Origin: Nitrospira sp.
Lineage (GTDB): Bacteria; Nitrospirota; Nitrospiria; Nitrospirales; Nitrospiraceae
DNA: 64,000 nucleotides
Assembly: GCA_047150005.1 (NCBI GenBank)
Contig: AP038806.1
Coordinates: forward strand, 1,632,001-1,696,000
Direction: 5' to 3'
The position numbers were made by a program, and so were the translations under genes. The notes beneath the pieces were generated by a model, which did not search any database, had not been told where the DNA came from, and was given only the letters and a program-made list of their open reading frames with translations. Shown piece after piece: positions 50,999 to 60,883 of this stretch; the first letter of the stretch is position 1, and every line of letters starts with the position of its first letter.

Positions 50999-53356
50999 TC
51001 AACTCTGGGTATCGGCCCCCGAAAAGGGCAACACTTCCTGGTCGTCCTGGCCGATCGTGCCGTGGGCGGCAGCCTTGATGGTGCGGTAGAGCGATTCGGT
51101 CACTGATTCCTTCGTCAGCAGCGCATACGCCCCGGCTTCGCTCATCGAATCTCGTACCCGTCGAGACGCGTTGACCGAAAGCCCGATGACCACGCTCGGG
51201 AGGCTTCGGACGATGATTCTCGTGGCTTCGATGCCGTCCATCTTCGGCATGTTCACGTCCATGACGATGACACGCGGGATCAAATGCCTTGACAGTTCTA
51301 CGGCTTCCTCCCCGTTGCCCGCCTCGCCCACCACCTCGATGTCCGGATAGTCGCTGAGCAAGCTTCGGAGTCCCTCGCGCACCATAGTATGATCGTCGAC
51401 GAGCAGGACACGAATCGGTTGGGGTCCGCCGCCCTCGGCGATGTCGGCTTCGCGCCCCGATCGGCCCTCATGATCGGAGGCGGGCATATCGCGGTCCGTC
51501 CCCTGCTCCTCTGTTGACGCGGGGGACTCTCCGGGGGCAAGCGGAAGCGTGAACGTGGCCAGCGTGCCGGTTCCCGGCGAGGAGTCCAACGTAAAGGAGC
51601 CGCCGAGCGCGTGCATCCGTTCCCGCACGCTGAAGAGTCCGAGCTTGTCTTTGGCTTCCTGCTCCGAGATCTGGTCAAAGCCCGCTCCCTTGTCCTGAAC
51701 CGTCAAGATCAGGCTCCGGCCCTCGCAGTGCAGCGTGACGAAGGCCTCGTCGGTCTTGGCGTGCTTCACGACGTTCATCAACAGCTCCCTCGCCGATTGA
51801 AAGAGCAAACCCGCTTGATCCGCCGAAAGCGGTGGCGCCTCAGGCGGCGCCTCCACCGTGACGCCGAGGCCGTGGCGGCGGAACTCTTCGCCGAGCCACG
51901 ACAGCGCGGCGGACAGGCCGAATTGCTGCAACACCGGGGGGGCCAACTGCGCAACCAGGGAGCGTGTGTAGGTCAAGGACTCATCGAGCGCCTGATCGGC
52001 CTCCGTCAGCTGCTCGCGCGACTCACCCTGCCCGATTCGCTGGAGGGCCTGACCGATCTTCATACGCCCCACGACCAGCAGCTGGGCCAGATAGTCGTGC
52101 AGTTCCCCCGCGAGCCGCCGCCGTTCCCGCTGTTCGGTCAGATTGAGTTCGGACGTCAGCGCGCGCAGTCGACGCTGGGACTCCGTCAACGCTTTCGTCC
52201 GCTCCTCGACCCGCTGTTCCAGATTCAGCGTCAGTCTCAGCAGCGCCGCCTCGGCTTCCTTGCGTTCCGTGATGTCCTCCACCACCACGATGGTCCGCGC
52301 CGGTCCTCCCGCCGCGTCGCGGATCAGACGAGCCGACACACGGACCCACCGGACGTCGCCGTCCTGGCGCAGATAGCGGTTCTCACAGTGATATTCGTCC
52401 ACCTCGCCGCGCAGCAGCCGCTCGACCTGTGGATCGTCGACGGACCGGTCGTCGGGATGCGTGAGATCGTGAGGCGTCATCCCCATCAAGGAGGCGGCGG
52501 GATAGCCGGCGATGTCGCAAAACCGGTCGTTCACGCGGATGAATCGGCCGGTGGTGACGCTAACCTGCGCCTGTCCGACGGCGGCCAGTTCGAAGTTGAT
52601 CCGAAACTGGGCCTCGCTTTGCAACAAGGCCTCCTCCGACAGTTTGCGATCGGTGATGTCGGAAAACACGCCCACGAACCGCTGCGCGCGGCCGGATCCG
52701 TCGTAGAGGAAGCGCCCGTACGGCGCGATCCAACGGATCTCGCCGGTGTCCCGGCGGATGATCCGATGCTCGTGTCGATAAATCGATCGTCCTTTCAGCG
52801 CGTGCGTGACCTCGGCGGCGGCCTGGTCCGCATCGGCCGGATGCACCGCAGCCTTCCACAGGGCTTCGCCGGAGGCCGGCGCCGGAGGCTGATAGCCGAG
52901 AAGCTCATAGGCCCGCTCGTTCCAGACGGTCCTGCGCGACGGCATATCCTGGTCCCACATGCCGAGGCCGGCACTGTCGAGGGCCATCCGCAGGCGTTCC
53001 TGGCTCTCCAGCAGCGCCGACTCCTGGCGGCGGGCCCGCGCCAGCAGCAGCGCAATGATCCAGACGAGACTGATGCCGATGCCTCGATTGAGAGCCGCGG
53101 TCGACGCGGAGAGTCCGGATTCGGACAGCAGGAAATTGACGATGATGAGGCCCATCGTCAGCCCGGCGCCGCGGTAGACGACTCGCGCGTCGAAGGGGCT
53201 TAGGTGCGACAGAAGCCACAGTGGAAAGAGATAGAGGAGCCAGACCGCGTTGCCGAGCGGAAGCATGAGGTCGAGCCAAGCGATGCCGGCATACAGGGCG
53301 GCGATCGCCGCATATGTCCCATAGCGTCCCACTCTGTGTGTATGGGGCTTATCCAT
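50999..53356 (-). CDS. Hybrid kinase: 4TM-PAS-PAS-HisKA_3-HATPase-REC
   Basis: ERRRLAGELHDYLAQ, NVVKHA, DKGAG, VLLVDDH. Confidence 0.92.
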   Translation of the reverse strand: MDKPHTHRVGRYGTYAAIAALYAGIAWLDLMLPLGNAVWLLYLFPLWLLSHLSPFDARVVYRGAGLTMGLIIVNFLLSESGLSASTAALNRGIGISLVWIIALLLARARRQESALLESQERLRMALDSAGLGMWDQDMPSRRTVWNERAYELLGYQPPAPASGEALWKAAVHPADADQAAAEVTHALKGRSIYRHEHRIIRRDTGEIRWIAPYGRFLYDGSGRAQRFVGVFSDITDRKLSEEALLQSEAQFRINFELAAVGQAQVSVTTGRFIRVNDRFCDIAGYPAASLMGMTPHDLTHPDDRSVDDPQVERLLRGEVDEYHCENRYLRQDGDVRWVRVSARLIRDAAGGPARTIVVVEDITERKEAEAALLRLTLNLEQRVEERTKALTESQRRLRALTSELNLTEQRERRRLAGELHDYLAQLLVVGRMKIGQALQRIGQGESREQLTEADQALDESLTYTRSLVAQLAPPVLQQFGLSAALSWLGEEFRRHGLGVTVEAPPEAPPLSADQAGLLFQSARELLMNVVKHAKTDEAFVTLHCEGRSLILTVQDKGAGFDQISEQEAKDKLGLFSVRERMHALGGSFTLDSSPGTGTLATFTLPLAPGESPASTEEQGTDRDMPASDHEGRSGREADIAEGGGPQPIRVLLVDDHTMVREGLRSLLSDYPDIEVVGEAGNGEEAVELSRHLIPRVIVMDVNMPKMDGIEATRIIVRSLPSVVIGLSVNASRRVRDSMSEAGAYALLTKESVTESLYRTIKAAAHGTIGQDDQEVLPFSGADTQS

Positions 53357-53495
53357 CGGCGGGTCACGGCACCTTCTTGAGGGAAGCCGGCCGGCTCCTT
53401 TCCCGGGCAACTCTACCGCTAATCGTCGGCGGATAGCGAGTGAGGGCCGACGCCCGATCGGCGTCGAGACAAGCCACCGATGGGGGATGAAGCGT

Positions 53496-56417
53496 CTACC
53501 GCCCCTCCACCAAGGCCTCGATGGTTTCGTAGAGATGATCGGCCGCACTTTCTTTGGTCAGGAAGGCCACGGCTCCTGCCGCTTTCATGGCACTGACCAC
53601 GTGTTCGGCTTCGTTCACCGAAAGCCCGACGATCAAAGTATCGGGTCGGTCCGTTCTGATCCGCCTGGTCGCCTCGATGCCGTCGAGCCTTGGGAGGTTG
53701 ACGTCCATCACGATCAGGTCAGGATGCAGCAGTTTGGCCAGCGTCACGGCCTCCTCGCCGTCGCCCGCTTCGGCGATGATCGTCAAGTCCGAATAGGCGT
53801 CCAAGACGCTGCGCAATCCCTGACGGACCATCGCGTGATCATCCACCAGCAGGACGCGAATGGGAGACGGGTGGTTGGAGGCATGGGGAGATCCCGATTC
53901 GAGAGGGACGGACGGCGAAGCGACCGCGTCCGGGCCGGAGACCCCGCCCCGGGGTCCGGCGGGCTGCGCCGCTGCCGGCCGGCCCGGGGGAACGTCGGCC
54001 GACAGACCCAGCGTCACCATGGTGCCGCCCCCCGCCTTCGATTCCAATTCCATCCATCCGCCGAGAGCTTCCATGCGCTCACGAACGCTGAACAATCCGA
54101 ACTTATCGCCTCGGGACTCCATGACGGCCTCCGGATCGCAACCGTACCCTTCATCCCGCACGACGATCTGCATCCTGCCTCGATCGTCCTGTGTCATGCG
54201 GACCGCGGCCGCCTTCGTTCCGGCATGCTTCAACACATTGAACAGCAACTCGCGGACACATTGGTAGAGGAGCGCCGTGTGGTCTTCCGGCAAGGACGGC
54301 GTCACCGCCGGCACATCGACGTCCACGCGCAGGCCTTGATGTCTCATCTGTTCGCCGAGCCAGCGCAATCCCGGGGCCAGGCCGAACTGCCGGAGCGTCG
54401 GTGGCATGAGTTCGGCGACCAGCGTGCGCGTATAGGTCAGGCATTGATCGATGAGACCGTCGGCCTCGTCCAAGACGGCGGAGGCCGGTTGTGTCGAGAG
54501 CATCTTGTCGGCTTGCCGGATCTTCAAACGGGTTACCACCAGCATCTGCGCCAAATAATCGTGCAACTCCTCCGCAATACGCTGGCGTTCCCGCTGTTCC
54601 GTCAGCGTCAGATCATGGGCAAGGGCGCGAAGGCGGTCGTGAGTGTGCACCAGCTCCTTGGTGCGCGCACCGATTCGCCGCTCCAGCTCGCGCGTCCATT
54701 CAAGCCGTCGCGACTCGGTTTCCCTGCGTTCGGTCACGTCGAAGGCCGCGCCGGCGAACCGGGCCGGATTGCCGGCGTCGTCATAATGGATACGACCGAA
54801 CGAGGCCAGCCAACGGCTTTCTCCGGTATCGGCCCGCCGGATGCGGTGCTCGCAGCGGTAAAAGCCGCGGCTCCGTCGTGCAGCCGACACGGCCTCGCGC
54901 ACGGCCGGCCGGTCTTCCTTGAGCACCAGGTTCCACCATTGCCGGGCGGAGGCGGTACAGGCGTCCGACGAGTACCCCAGCAGCTGCGCGTTCTGTCGGT
55001 CCCACACCATCCGGCCGGTTCTGAGATCGACGTCCCAGGTGCCCATGCCGGCTCCTTCCGTCGCAAAGCGGAGTCGTTCTTCGCTCTCGGCAAGCTGGGC
55101 GGCCCGCTGCCGGGCCTCCTGGAGCAGGCGGCGGCGCTCCTTGGCCATGGCGACGGAATGGGACACGGCTTCCAACAGGTCGAGTTCGTCGGACTCGAAC
55201 GACGAGCGGCGGCGGCTGGCGAAGGCGAGCGTACCGAGCAGGCGGTTCCCGACGATGAGAGGAAAACAGGCATACGCATTGGATCCCGCTGCCTGCATCC
55301 GGAGCGCTTTGGGATCGGAGACGGTTTGCAGATGCTCGATGACGATCGGTTGCCGCGATTCGGCCGACGTGCCGCACAGGGCTTGGCCGAATTTTAGAAA
55401 CTGGAGCGGCGCCAGCGCGTGTTCGGGGATGCCGGCCCAGGTGGACAATTCGATGCCGTCGAGCTCCGGCCGCGTGTCGTAATCCAGGAACGTGTCGAGT
55501 TCCAACGTCGAGCGCAGCGAGGCAAAGATCTCGTGCATCACCCGGGCCGGATCGTCCATCCGCAGCAGCCTGTCCATGGCGTCGCTCAGGAGTTGCTGCC
55601 GCACGGCATAGTTGCGCAATTCCAATTCCGCCCGCTTGCGCGCGTCGATATCTTCCACGACGCCGATCAACGATTGGATCCGACCCCCTGCATCCCATTG
55701 GATCGAGAGCGTCAGCGTGGTCCAGATCGTCCGCCCGTCAGGCCGCAATAGACGCTGGTCCAAGGAGACCTCGGCGAGCCCTCCCAGGAGCAGCTTGCCC
55801 ACCTGCGCGTCATGTTCCTCCCGATCCCCTGGGTGAGTCAGATCGCGAAGCTCTCGCTCCATGAACTCCCGCTCGGTCCGTCCGGCAATGACGCCCAATC
55901 GGTTGTTGACCCGGAGGAATCGACCGTCCGGGCCCAGTACACACATGCCGACTGCGGCTTGTTCGAAGAGGCCGCGGAACTGTTCCTCGCTCCGGCGAAG
56001 TCGCGCGAGCAGGCCTTCGTTCTCCCGTTGCCGCGCGCGCAAGCGCAGCAGGGACCGCACACCCGCGAGCAGCTCCGGCTCTTCGATCGGCTCAACCAGG
56101 TAGCCGTCGGAGCCCATCTCCAGGCCGAGAGCCCGGTCCGATCGGCTGACCTCGGCCGCCGAGACGTGCAAGACCATTGTGTCGGACAGCTCCGGGCGGT
56201 TCTTGATCTGCCGGCACAGGTCGAAGCCGCTGATGTCGGGCAGATCGATGTCGAGCAGCACCAATTCCGGACGAACGTCCTGGAGCAAGCGCAGCGCGTC
56301 CGCACCGCAATCTGCATCGAGAACCCGGTACCCGGCGCGTTCGAGCATGCTCCGCCGTTCGTACCGTTGCCCTTTGCCTTCATTGACGTTGACGATGGTG
56401 GCTTGGAAGTCGCTCAT
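53496..56417 (-). CDS. Hybrid kinase: REC-PAS-GAF-PAS-HisKA_3-HATPase-REC
   Basis: LDIDLPD, PAS, GAF (GQALCG..ACFPL), ERQRIAEELHDYLAQ, NVLKHA, VLLVDDH. Confidence 0.92.
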   Translation of the reverse strand: MSDFQATIVNVNEGKGQRYERRSMLERAGYRVLDADCGADALRLLQDVRPELVLLDIDLPDISGFDLCRQIKNRPELSDTMVLHVSAAEVSRSDRALGLEMGSDGYLVEPIEEPELLAGVRSLLRLRARQRENEGLLARLRRSEEQFRGLFEQAAVGMCVLGPDGRFLRVNNRLGVIAGRTEREFMERELRDLTHPGDREEHDAQVGKLLLGGLAEVSLDQRLLRPDGRTIWTTLTLSIQWDAGGRIQSLIGVVEDIDARKRAELELRNYAVRQQLLSDAMDRLLRMDDPARVMHEIFASLRSTLELDTFLDYDTRPELDGIELSTWAGIPEHALAPLQFLKFGQALCGTSAESRQPIVIEHLQTVSDPKALRMQAAGSNAYACFPLIVGNRLLGTLAFASRRRSSFESDELDLLEAVSHSVAMAKERRRLLQEARQRAAQLAESEERLRFATEGAGMGTWDVDLRTGRMVWDRQNAQLLGYSSDACTASARQWWNLVLKEDRPAVREAVSAARRSRGFYRCEHRIRRADTGESRWLASFGRIHYDDAGNPARFAGAAFDVTERRETESRRLEWTRELERRIGARTKELVHTHDRLRALAHDLTLTEQRERQRIAEELHDYLAQMLVVTRLKIRQADKMLSTQPASAVLDEADGLIDQCLTYTRTLVAELMPPTLRQFGLAPGLRWLGEQMRHQGLRVDVDVPAVTPSLPEDHTALLYQCVRELLFNVLKHAGTKAAAVRMTQDDRGRMQIVVRDEGYGCDPEAVMESRGDKFGLFSVRERMEALGGWMELESKAGGGTMVTLGLSADVPPGRPAAAQPAGPRGGVSGPDAVASPSVPLESGSPHASNHPSPIRVLLVDDHAMVRQGLRSVLDAYSDLTIIAEAGDGEEAVTLAKLLHPDLIVMDVNLPRLDGIEATRRIRTDRPDTLIVGLSVNEAEHVVSAMKAAGAVAFLTKESAADHLYETIEALVEGR

Positions 56418-56603
56418 GACAGGCTTGGCCTTATCCGTAGTGCGTCCGACGGGGAACCGGCGTTCCCGTTATTTACAGAGGAAAGCCAGTAAGAGTAAAA
56501 GCCGCTTGGTCTCCCTGGCTACTAGTGGAATCCCTAGGTTCGGGGGAGCCGGTGCTCATGCGCGATTCACATGAATCGGAAGAGGGATGGAAGAGGACTG
56601 GAG

Positions 56604-56987
56604 TCATTTCGGCGGGGGCGGCGGCTCATGGACTTCGGCCGGCAAGGCCTCAATGACTTTCACGGCGCGGCCCTCATCGTCGAGTTGGATGGTGATGCGG
56701 TCTCCGATCGACAGGTGTACGAACAGATCGGGTCTGGTGAGACGAAAGAAGACGGGCTTGTCGAGGTCCGTGGTGAGGATCCCCTTCCCCACCTCAACGT
56801 CCAACATGCTGAGGGTGCCTGAAATCGTGTGGGTGTCCGACGGCGCGTCGAGCGCCGTCCTTATCCCGTCTGCCGCATAGGTGGAGTCAGCCGGCGCGGT
56901 AATCACGGATCCGACCGTAAGCCATGCGACGGCGATGGCGCCAAGCACTGTGCCCGTGCGATGTCCCGGCCGTCCGACGGTCGACAT
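56604..56987 (-). CDS. Hypothetical secreted protein
   Basis: Hydrophobic N-terminus; GILTTDL..LSIGDRITIQLD; poly-Pro tail. Confidence 0.6.
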   Translation of the reverse strand: MSTVGRPGHRTGTVLGAIAVAWLTVGSVITAPADSTYAADGIRTALDAPSDTHTISGTLSMLDVEVGKGILTTDLDKPVFFRLTRPDLFVHLSIGDRITIQLDDEGRAVKVIEALPAEVHEPPPPPK

Positions 56988-57009
56988 GTCAGGTCGCCTC
57001 GTCCACCCG

Positions 57010-57273
57010 TCATGCGGCCGGCAGTGTGACGGCATAGACGCCGCCCTGCTTCGGCAATAATCGAAGCTCGCCCGTGCGGCTCAGACGATCGACTTCCAGA
57101 AACACCTGGTTCCAGGTGTAGGAGGAACACGCTCGTACCAGATCCTCCATCTCGCACACCTGTGTCCGTTTCACCGTCTCGAGAATGCGGTCGGTGATGT
57201 CGGACTTCAGTTTCGTCGTCGCCACAGACGCCGCGGAGGACACGGATGAGATGGATGCAGAAGGTTGGTCCAT
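57010..57273 (-). CDS. Small hypothetical protein (possible winged helix)
   Basis: GGGAGG RBS; CEMEDLVRACSSYTWNQVFLEVDRLSRTGELRL. Confidence 0.7.
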   Translation of the reverse strand: MDQPSASISSVSSAASVATTKLKSDITDRILETVKRTQVCEMEDLVRACSSYTWNQVFLEVDRLSRTGELRLLPKQGGVYAVTLPAA

Positions 57274-57580
57274 AATGGGTCCCTCCCTCTTCGCGCGTAG
57301 AGGGTCGCTCCACAGCAACACGTTACGCCGCCCCGAGGCTTTGACCTACTGGGAAGACCCCTAGCCGGACTGGGTGTGAGCCCGCACACTGATGATAGAG
57401 TCCGTCCGGTCGGAGAGCGTCCCTTGGCGGGATTTTTGCTGGGCTTGTAGGAGACTGCTTGCGCACCGAGATCCGAGAACGAATCACCTGATGAGTCGTG
57501 TCACTATGGGTGGGCCTCTTCATCGAAAAGATCAGCCGAAGGCGGGTGCGGAGGCCGGCCGCTCCCCCGGAACGGGTCTC

Positions 57581-58612
57581 ATGCAGGAGCCGCGGGTTTC
57601 CTTCGGCTGTCAGGTGTGCCGGGCAAGCCGATGGTCGCTGGTCTGCTCGTCCGGGGAGCTTGCTGAGCAACGACGGCTTCTGGAGCGATTCTATCGCCGA
57701 CGCTGGCTCATGCAGTCATCGGCGACGTCGGAAGACCGCTGGCTCTTCACGCAGAACTATTTGGCCAGTCTCGTGGCCTGCCTGGAGTGTGGATTGCTGT
57801 ATCGGAATCCCCGTCCCAGGCCCGAAGCCATTATGCGAGCCTACCAAACTGAACGATACGACGGCGCTGATCTCGAAGCAGCATTCACTGCCCAACGACA
57901 CTGGTTTCGGCCCAAGGCTGCTGCCCTGCTCAATTATCTGCCGGCCGGAGCCACCGGCACCTCCCGGATTCTTGAGGTCGGTAGTTTTGTCGGAGGGTTT
58001 CTGGCGGAAGGGCGGGCGCTCGGCTGGGACATGTTGGGCCTGGACCCGGACCGGACTGTGGCCGACTTTTGTCGGCGGCAGGGACTGCCGATTGTGCAAG
58101 GCACCGTCGAGGACGCGGGGCTGTCGCCGAGCTCCTTCGATGCGATTACCATCTGGAACGCCTTCGGTCAACTCCTCGATCCTCAAGCCCTGCTTTGTTC
58201 CGTCGCCCCGCTCCTACGGCGCCGTGGAGTGCTCGTGATCCGGATTCCGAACGGCGCGTGCTTCGAATGGGCGATGACGCTTCGAGCGAAACTCTCCAAG
58301 AGGTGGCGGCGACCATTGGATGCCGCGTTGGCCTGGAACAACCTCCTGACCTTTCCCTACCTGTATGGATACTCTCCTGCCGGGCTCGCCAGCTTGGTGG
58401 GGTCGTTCGGCTTGACCTTGCGATCCTGTCATCCCGATACGTTGCCCTCCGTCCCGGCCGGCCATCTGAAATGGTGGACCGGACTCGAAGCGCACGTCGT
58501 CAAAGGCTGTTGGCGCGCCGCCCGTGCGGTCTCCCGGCAACCAGCCGGCGGGGACTTTCATCTTGCGCCTTGGCTCGATGTCTATTTTGAACGGAACGAA
58601 ACGGCGGGCTAG
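57581..58612 (+). CDS. Class I SAM-dependent methyltransferase with N-terminal zinc-binding motif
   Basis: CQVC..CLECGLLYRNPRP; ILEVGSFVG, GLDPD, FDAITIW; start uncertain. Confidence 0.85.
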   Translation: MQEPRVSFGCQVCRASRWSLVCSSGELAEQRRLLERFYRRRWLMQSSATSEDRWLFTQNYLASLVACLECGLLYRNPRPRPEAIMRAYQTERYDGADLEAAFTAQRHWFRPKAAALLNYLPAGATGTSRILEVGSFVGGFLAEGRALGWDMLGLDPDRTVADFCRRQGLPIVQGTVEDAGLSPSSFDAITIWNAFGQLLDPQALLCSVAPLLRRRGVLVIRIPNGACFEWAMTLRAKLSKRWRRPLDAALAWNNLLTFPYLYGYSPAGLASLVGSFGLTLRSCHPDTLPSVPAGHLKWWTGLEAHVVKGCWRAARAVSRQPAGGDFHLAPWLDVYFERNETAG

Positions 58613-58835
58613 GGCTTCTCCCAGTGTACGGTCCCCCGGCGGGTGAGTCAGACTGCTTCGTATGATCGCGATTTATTACCTTCCTCGCCGAGACACCGTA
58701 GAGGATGGCTTATCGTGAAGTGTCTCGATGACCTCGTTTATTCGATCGGTTTGTCGGACTGACCAGCAGAGCGTTCTGGACGCGTCGACGCGGTGGAGCG
58801 GCCGGCGCGTCCGACGACGTAACCAAGCAGTTTGA

Positions 58836-59048
58836 TCATGGCCGGCGGTCGGCTCGGGCCGCCCCCGCCAGCGCAAAAAGCGGCGTACGTCCGAGTTTCA
58901 TCCGGTTTCTGCTCGGTGGTGCCGGGCGAGGCGTCAGGATGCGCATATCGGTGATTGCGCCGCAATTGACACAACGAAAACCATCGCACTGTAAGGGCCC
59001 ATAGAAGTAATCGAAGACTTTAAAACCACCGCATCGTTCACAATTCAT
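58836..59048 (-). CDS. Small zinc-ribbon protein
   Basis: MNCERCGG...RCVNCGAITD; GGAG RBS. Confidence 0.75.
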   Translation of the reverse strand: MNCERCGGFKVFDYFYGPLQCDGFRCVNCGAITDMRILTPRPAPPSRNRMKLGRTPLFALAGAARADRRP

Positions 59049-59279
59049 GCTGATGTCTCCTCTCCAAAGGGTGCATTGCTCGGCGAGTTGGTCGATCGAG
59101 GTGGAAATCCCTCTGCCGACGATCAGACGCTACGCCCTGGTCATCGCGGGGAAGCACAAAGATTGCCAGGGCGATGAACCTATGAAAATTCTACGGCTTA
59201 CGTCAGATCGTTATGCCGGACAGTGGATGGCGGCACCTTCCGATGCGGGACAACTTGTCCCGAGGGAGGGCATAACGTG

Positions 59280-60866
59280 ATGCAGAACTCCAGACCGATG
59301 CACTCGATACTGTTCCCCAACAAGTTGACCACCGTCATCCTGCTGGTCGTGATGACGGTCGCCACGTTCGCGGCCGACCGGTACTTTTCTTTGGGAGCGG
59401 GGATCTGGGTGCTCTACTTCGTGCCGGTCGTGCTGACGACCCAGCTGCTGCCGCAATACACCGGGATCGCTCTGGCGGTCGGAAGCGCTCTGCTGTTGGC
59501 GGGCATGATCGATCCGAAGGAGGGTCTGGTCTACCAGCCGGCGGTCGCCAATCGGGGGCTGGGACTCATCGTGCTGGTCGTTACCGGCCTCTTTCTGTTG
59601 CAGCATCGCCGTACCGTGGAAGCCTTACGGGCCAGCGAAGGTCGATATCAACTGTTGTTGGCGCAGCACGGGCGCGCGAGGGCCGAGGCGGCACTCCAAG
59701 CGGTGCAGGAACGATTCAAGAGCATTTTTTATTCGTCTCATGATGCGATCGCCTATGCCACGTTCGATGGGACGCTCCTGGAAGTCAACGACGCGTTTCT
59801 CCGTCTGTCAGGAGGGACGCGGGAGGACTTGATCGGGTCGGTACCCGCGTCTGCGTCACTGTGGGCCGCCTTGTCGCTGCCGGTCGAACGTCTGCAGCAT
59901 GTGCGGGAAACCGGAGTACCGATCTCCTATGAAACACAATACCGACCGGATGAGCGGCCGCCTGAGTATCTGAACGTCCATGCGTTCGCGGTCGCGGCTC
60001 CGGACGGTACGCCATCCGGCCTCGCGATGATGATTCGCAACATCACCGCGAGAAAGCAGGCCGAGACGGACCTGCAACGGGCCGGAGAAGAACTGCGGGC
60101 CAAGAACGAAGCCCTCGCCCGGACCAACGAGATCCTTTCGGCCGTCCAACATGCTGCGGCGAGGGCGCAGCGGTTGTCGGCCATCGGGCAGTTCGCCGCG
60201 ACGGTCGCCCATAAGATCGGGACGCCGTTGACGGCCTTGTCCGGACACGTGCAGCTGCTCATGGAGGACCTGTCCCTGCCGTCCAAGGTGCGGGGCCGGC
60301 TGCAGACGGTGGAAGCGCAGATCGAGCGCACCTCGTGCATCATCCAGGATCTGCTCCTGTACGCGCGCCGCGCGCCGCCCGTCCGGACGCGGACCGACAT
60401 GAACGAATGTCTCGAGGACTGCGTGACGTTGTTCAAGACCGAATGCGATCGTCTGCACGTCGCCTGCATCGCCGAATTGGCGGATGATCTTCCGTCGGTC
60501 GAAGTGGATCGCCAACAGATGCAGGAGGCCGTCAATCATCTGATCGAAAACGCCCTGCAGGCGATGCCCAACGGAGGATCGCTGTGCTTGCGGACGCGCG
60601 CAGTCGAGGGAGCGGCGATTCGGCGCGGATCGTCCCGATCGATGGGAGTCGCGGTCGAGATCGTCGATACGGGCCAGGGCATCAATCCCGATCATCGGAC
60701 GCAGATTTTTCAGCCGTTTTTCACCACCAAGCAGGCGGGCCGCGGCACCGGTCTTGGACTGGCCATCGTGCAGGAAACGGTGCGGGCTCACGAAGGACGC
60801 GTCACGGTCGAAAGCGAGCCGGGAAAAGGAACCAGCTTCGTGATGTACCTCCCGGCGGCGGAATAA
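59280..60866 (+). CDS. Membrane PAS sensor histidine kinase
   Basis: 4 TM, PAS, AHKIGTP, NALQAM, PFFTTK, GTGLGL. Confidence 0.92.
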   Translation: MQNSRPMHSILFPNKLTTVILLVVMTVATFAADRYFSLGAGIWVLYFVPVVLTTQLLPQYTGIALAVGSALLLAGMIDPKEGLVYQPAVANRGLGLIVLVVTGLFLLQHRRTVEALRASEGRYQLLLAQHGRARAEAALQAVQERFKSIFYSSHDAIAYATFDGTLLEVNDAFLRLSGGTREDLIGSVPASASLWAALSLPVERLQHVRETGVPISYETQYRPDERPPEYLNVHAFAVAAPDGTPSGLAMMIRNITARKQAETDLQRAGEELRAKNEALARTNEILSAVQHAAARAQRLSAIGQFAATVAHKIGTPLTALSGHVQLLMEDLSLPSKVRGRLQTVEAQIERTSCIIQDLLLYARRAPPVRTRTDMNECLEDCVTLFKTECDRLHVACIAELADDLPSVEVDRQQMQEAVNHLIENALQAMPNGGSLCLRTRAVEGAAIRRGSSRSMGVAVEIVDTGQGINPDHRTQIFQPFFTTKQAGRGTGLGLAIVQETVRAHEGRVTVESEPGKGTSFVMYLPAAE

Positions 60867-60883
60867 ATGGAATGGAGAAATTC

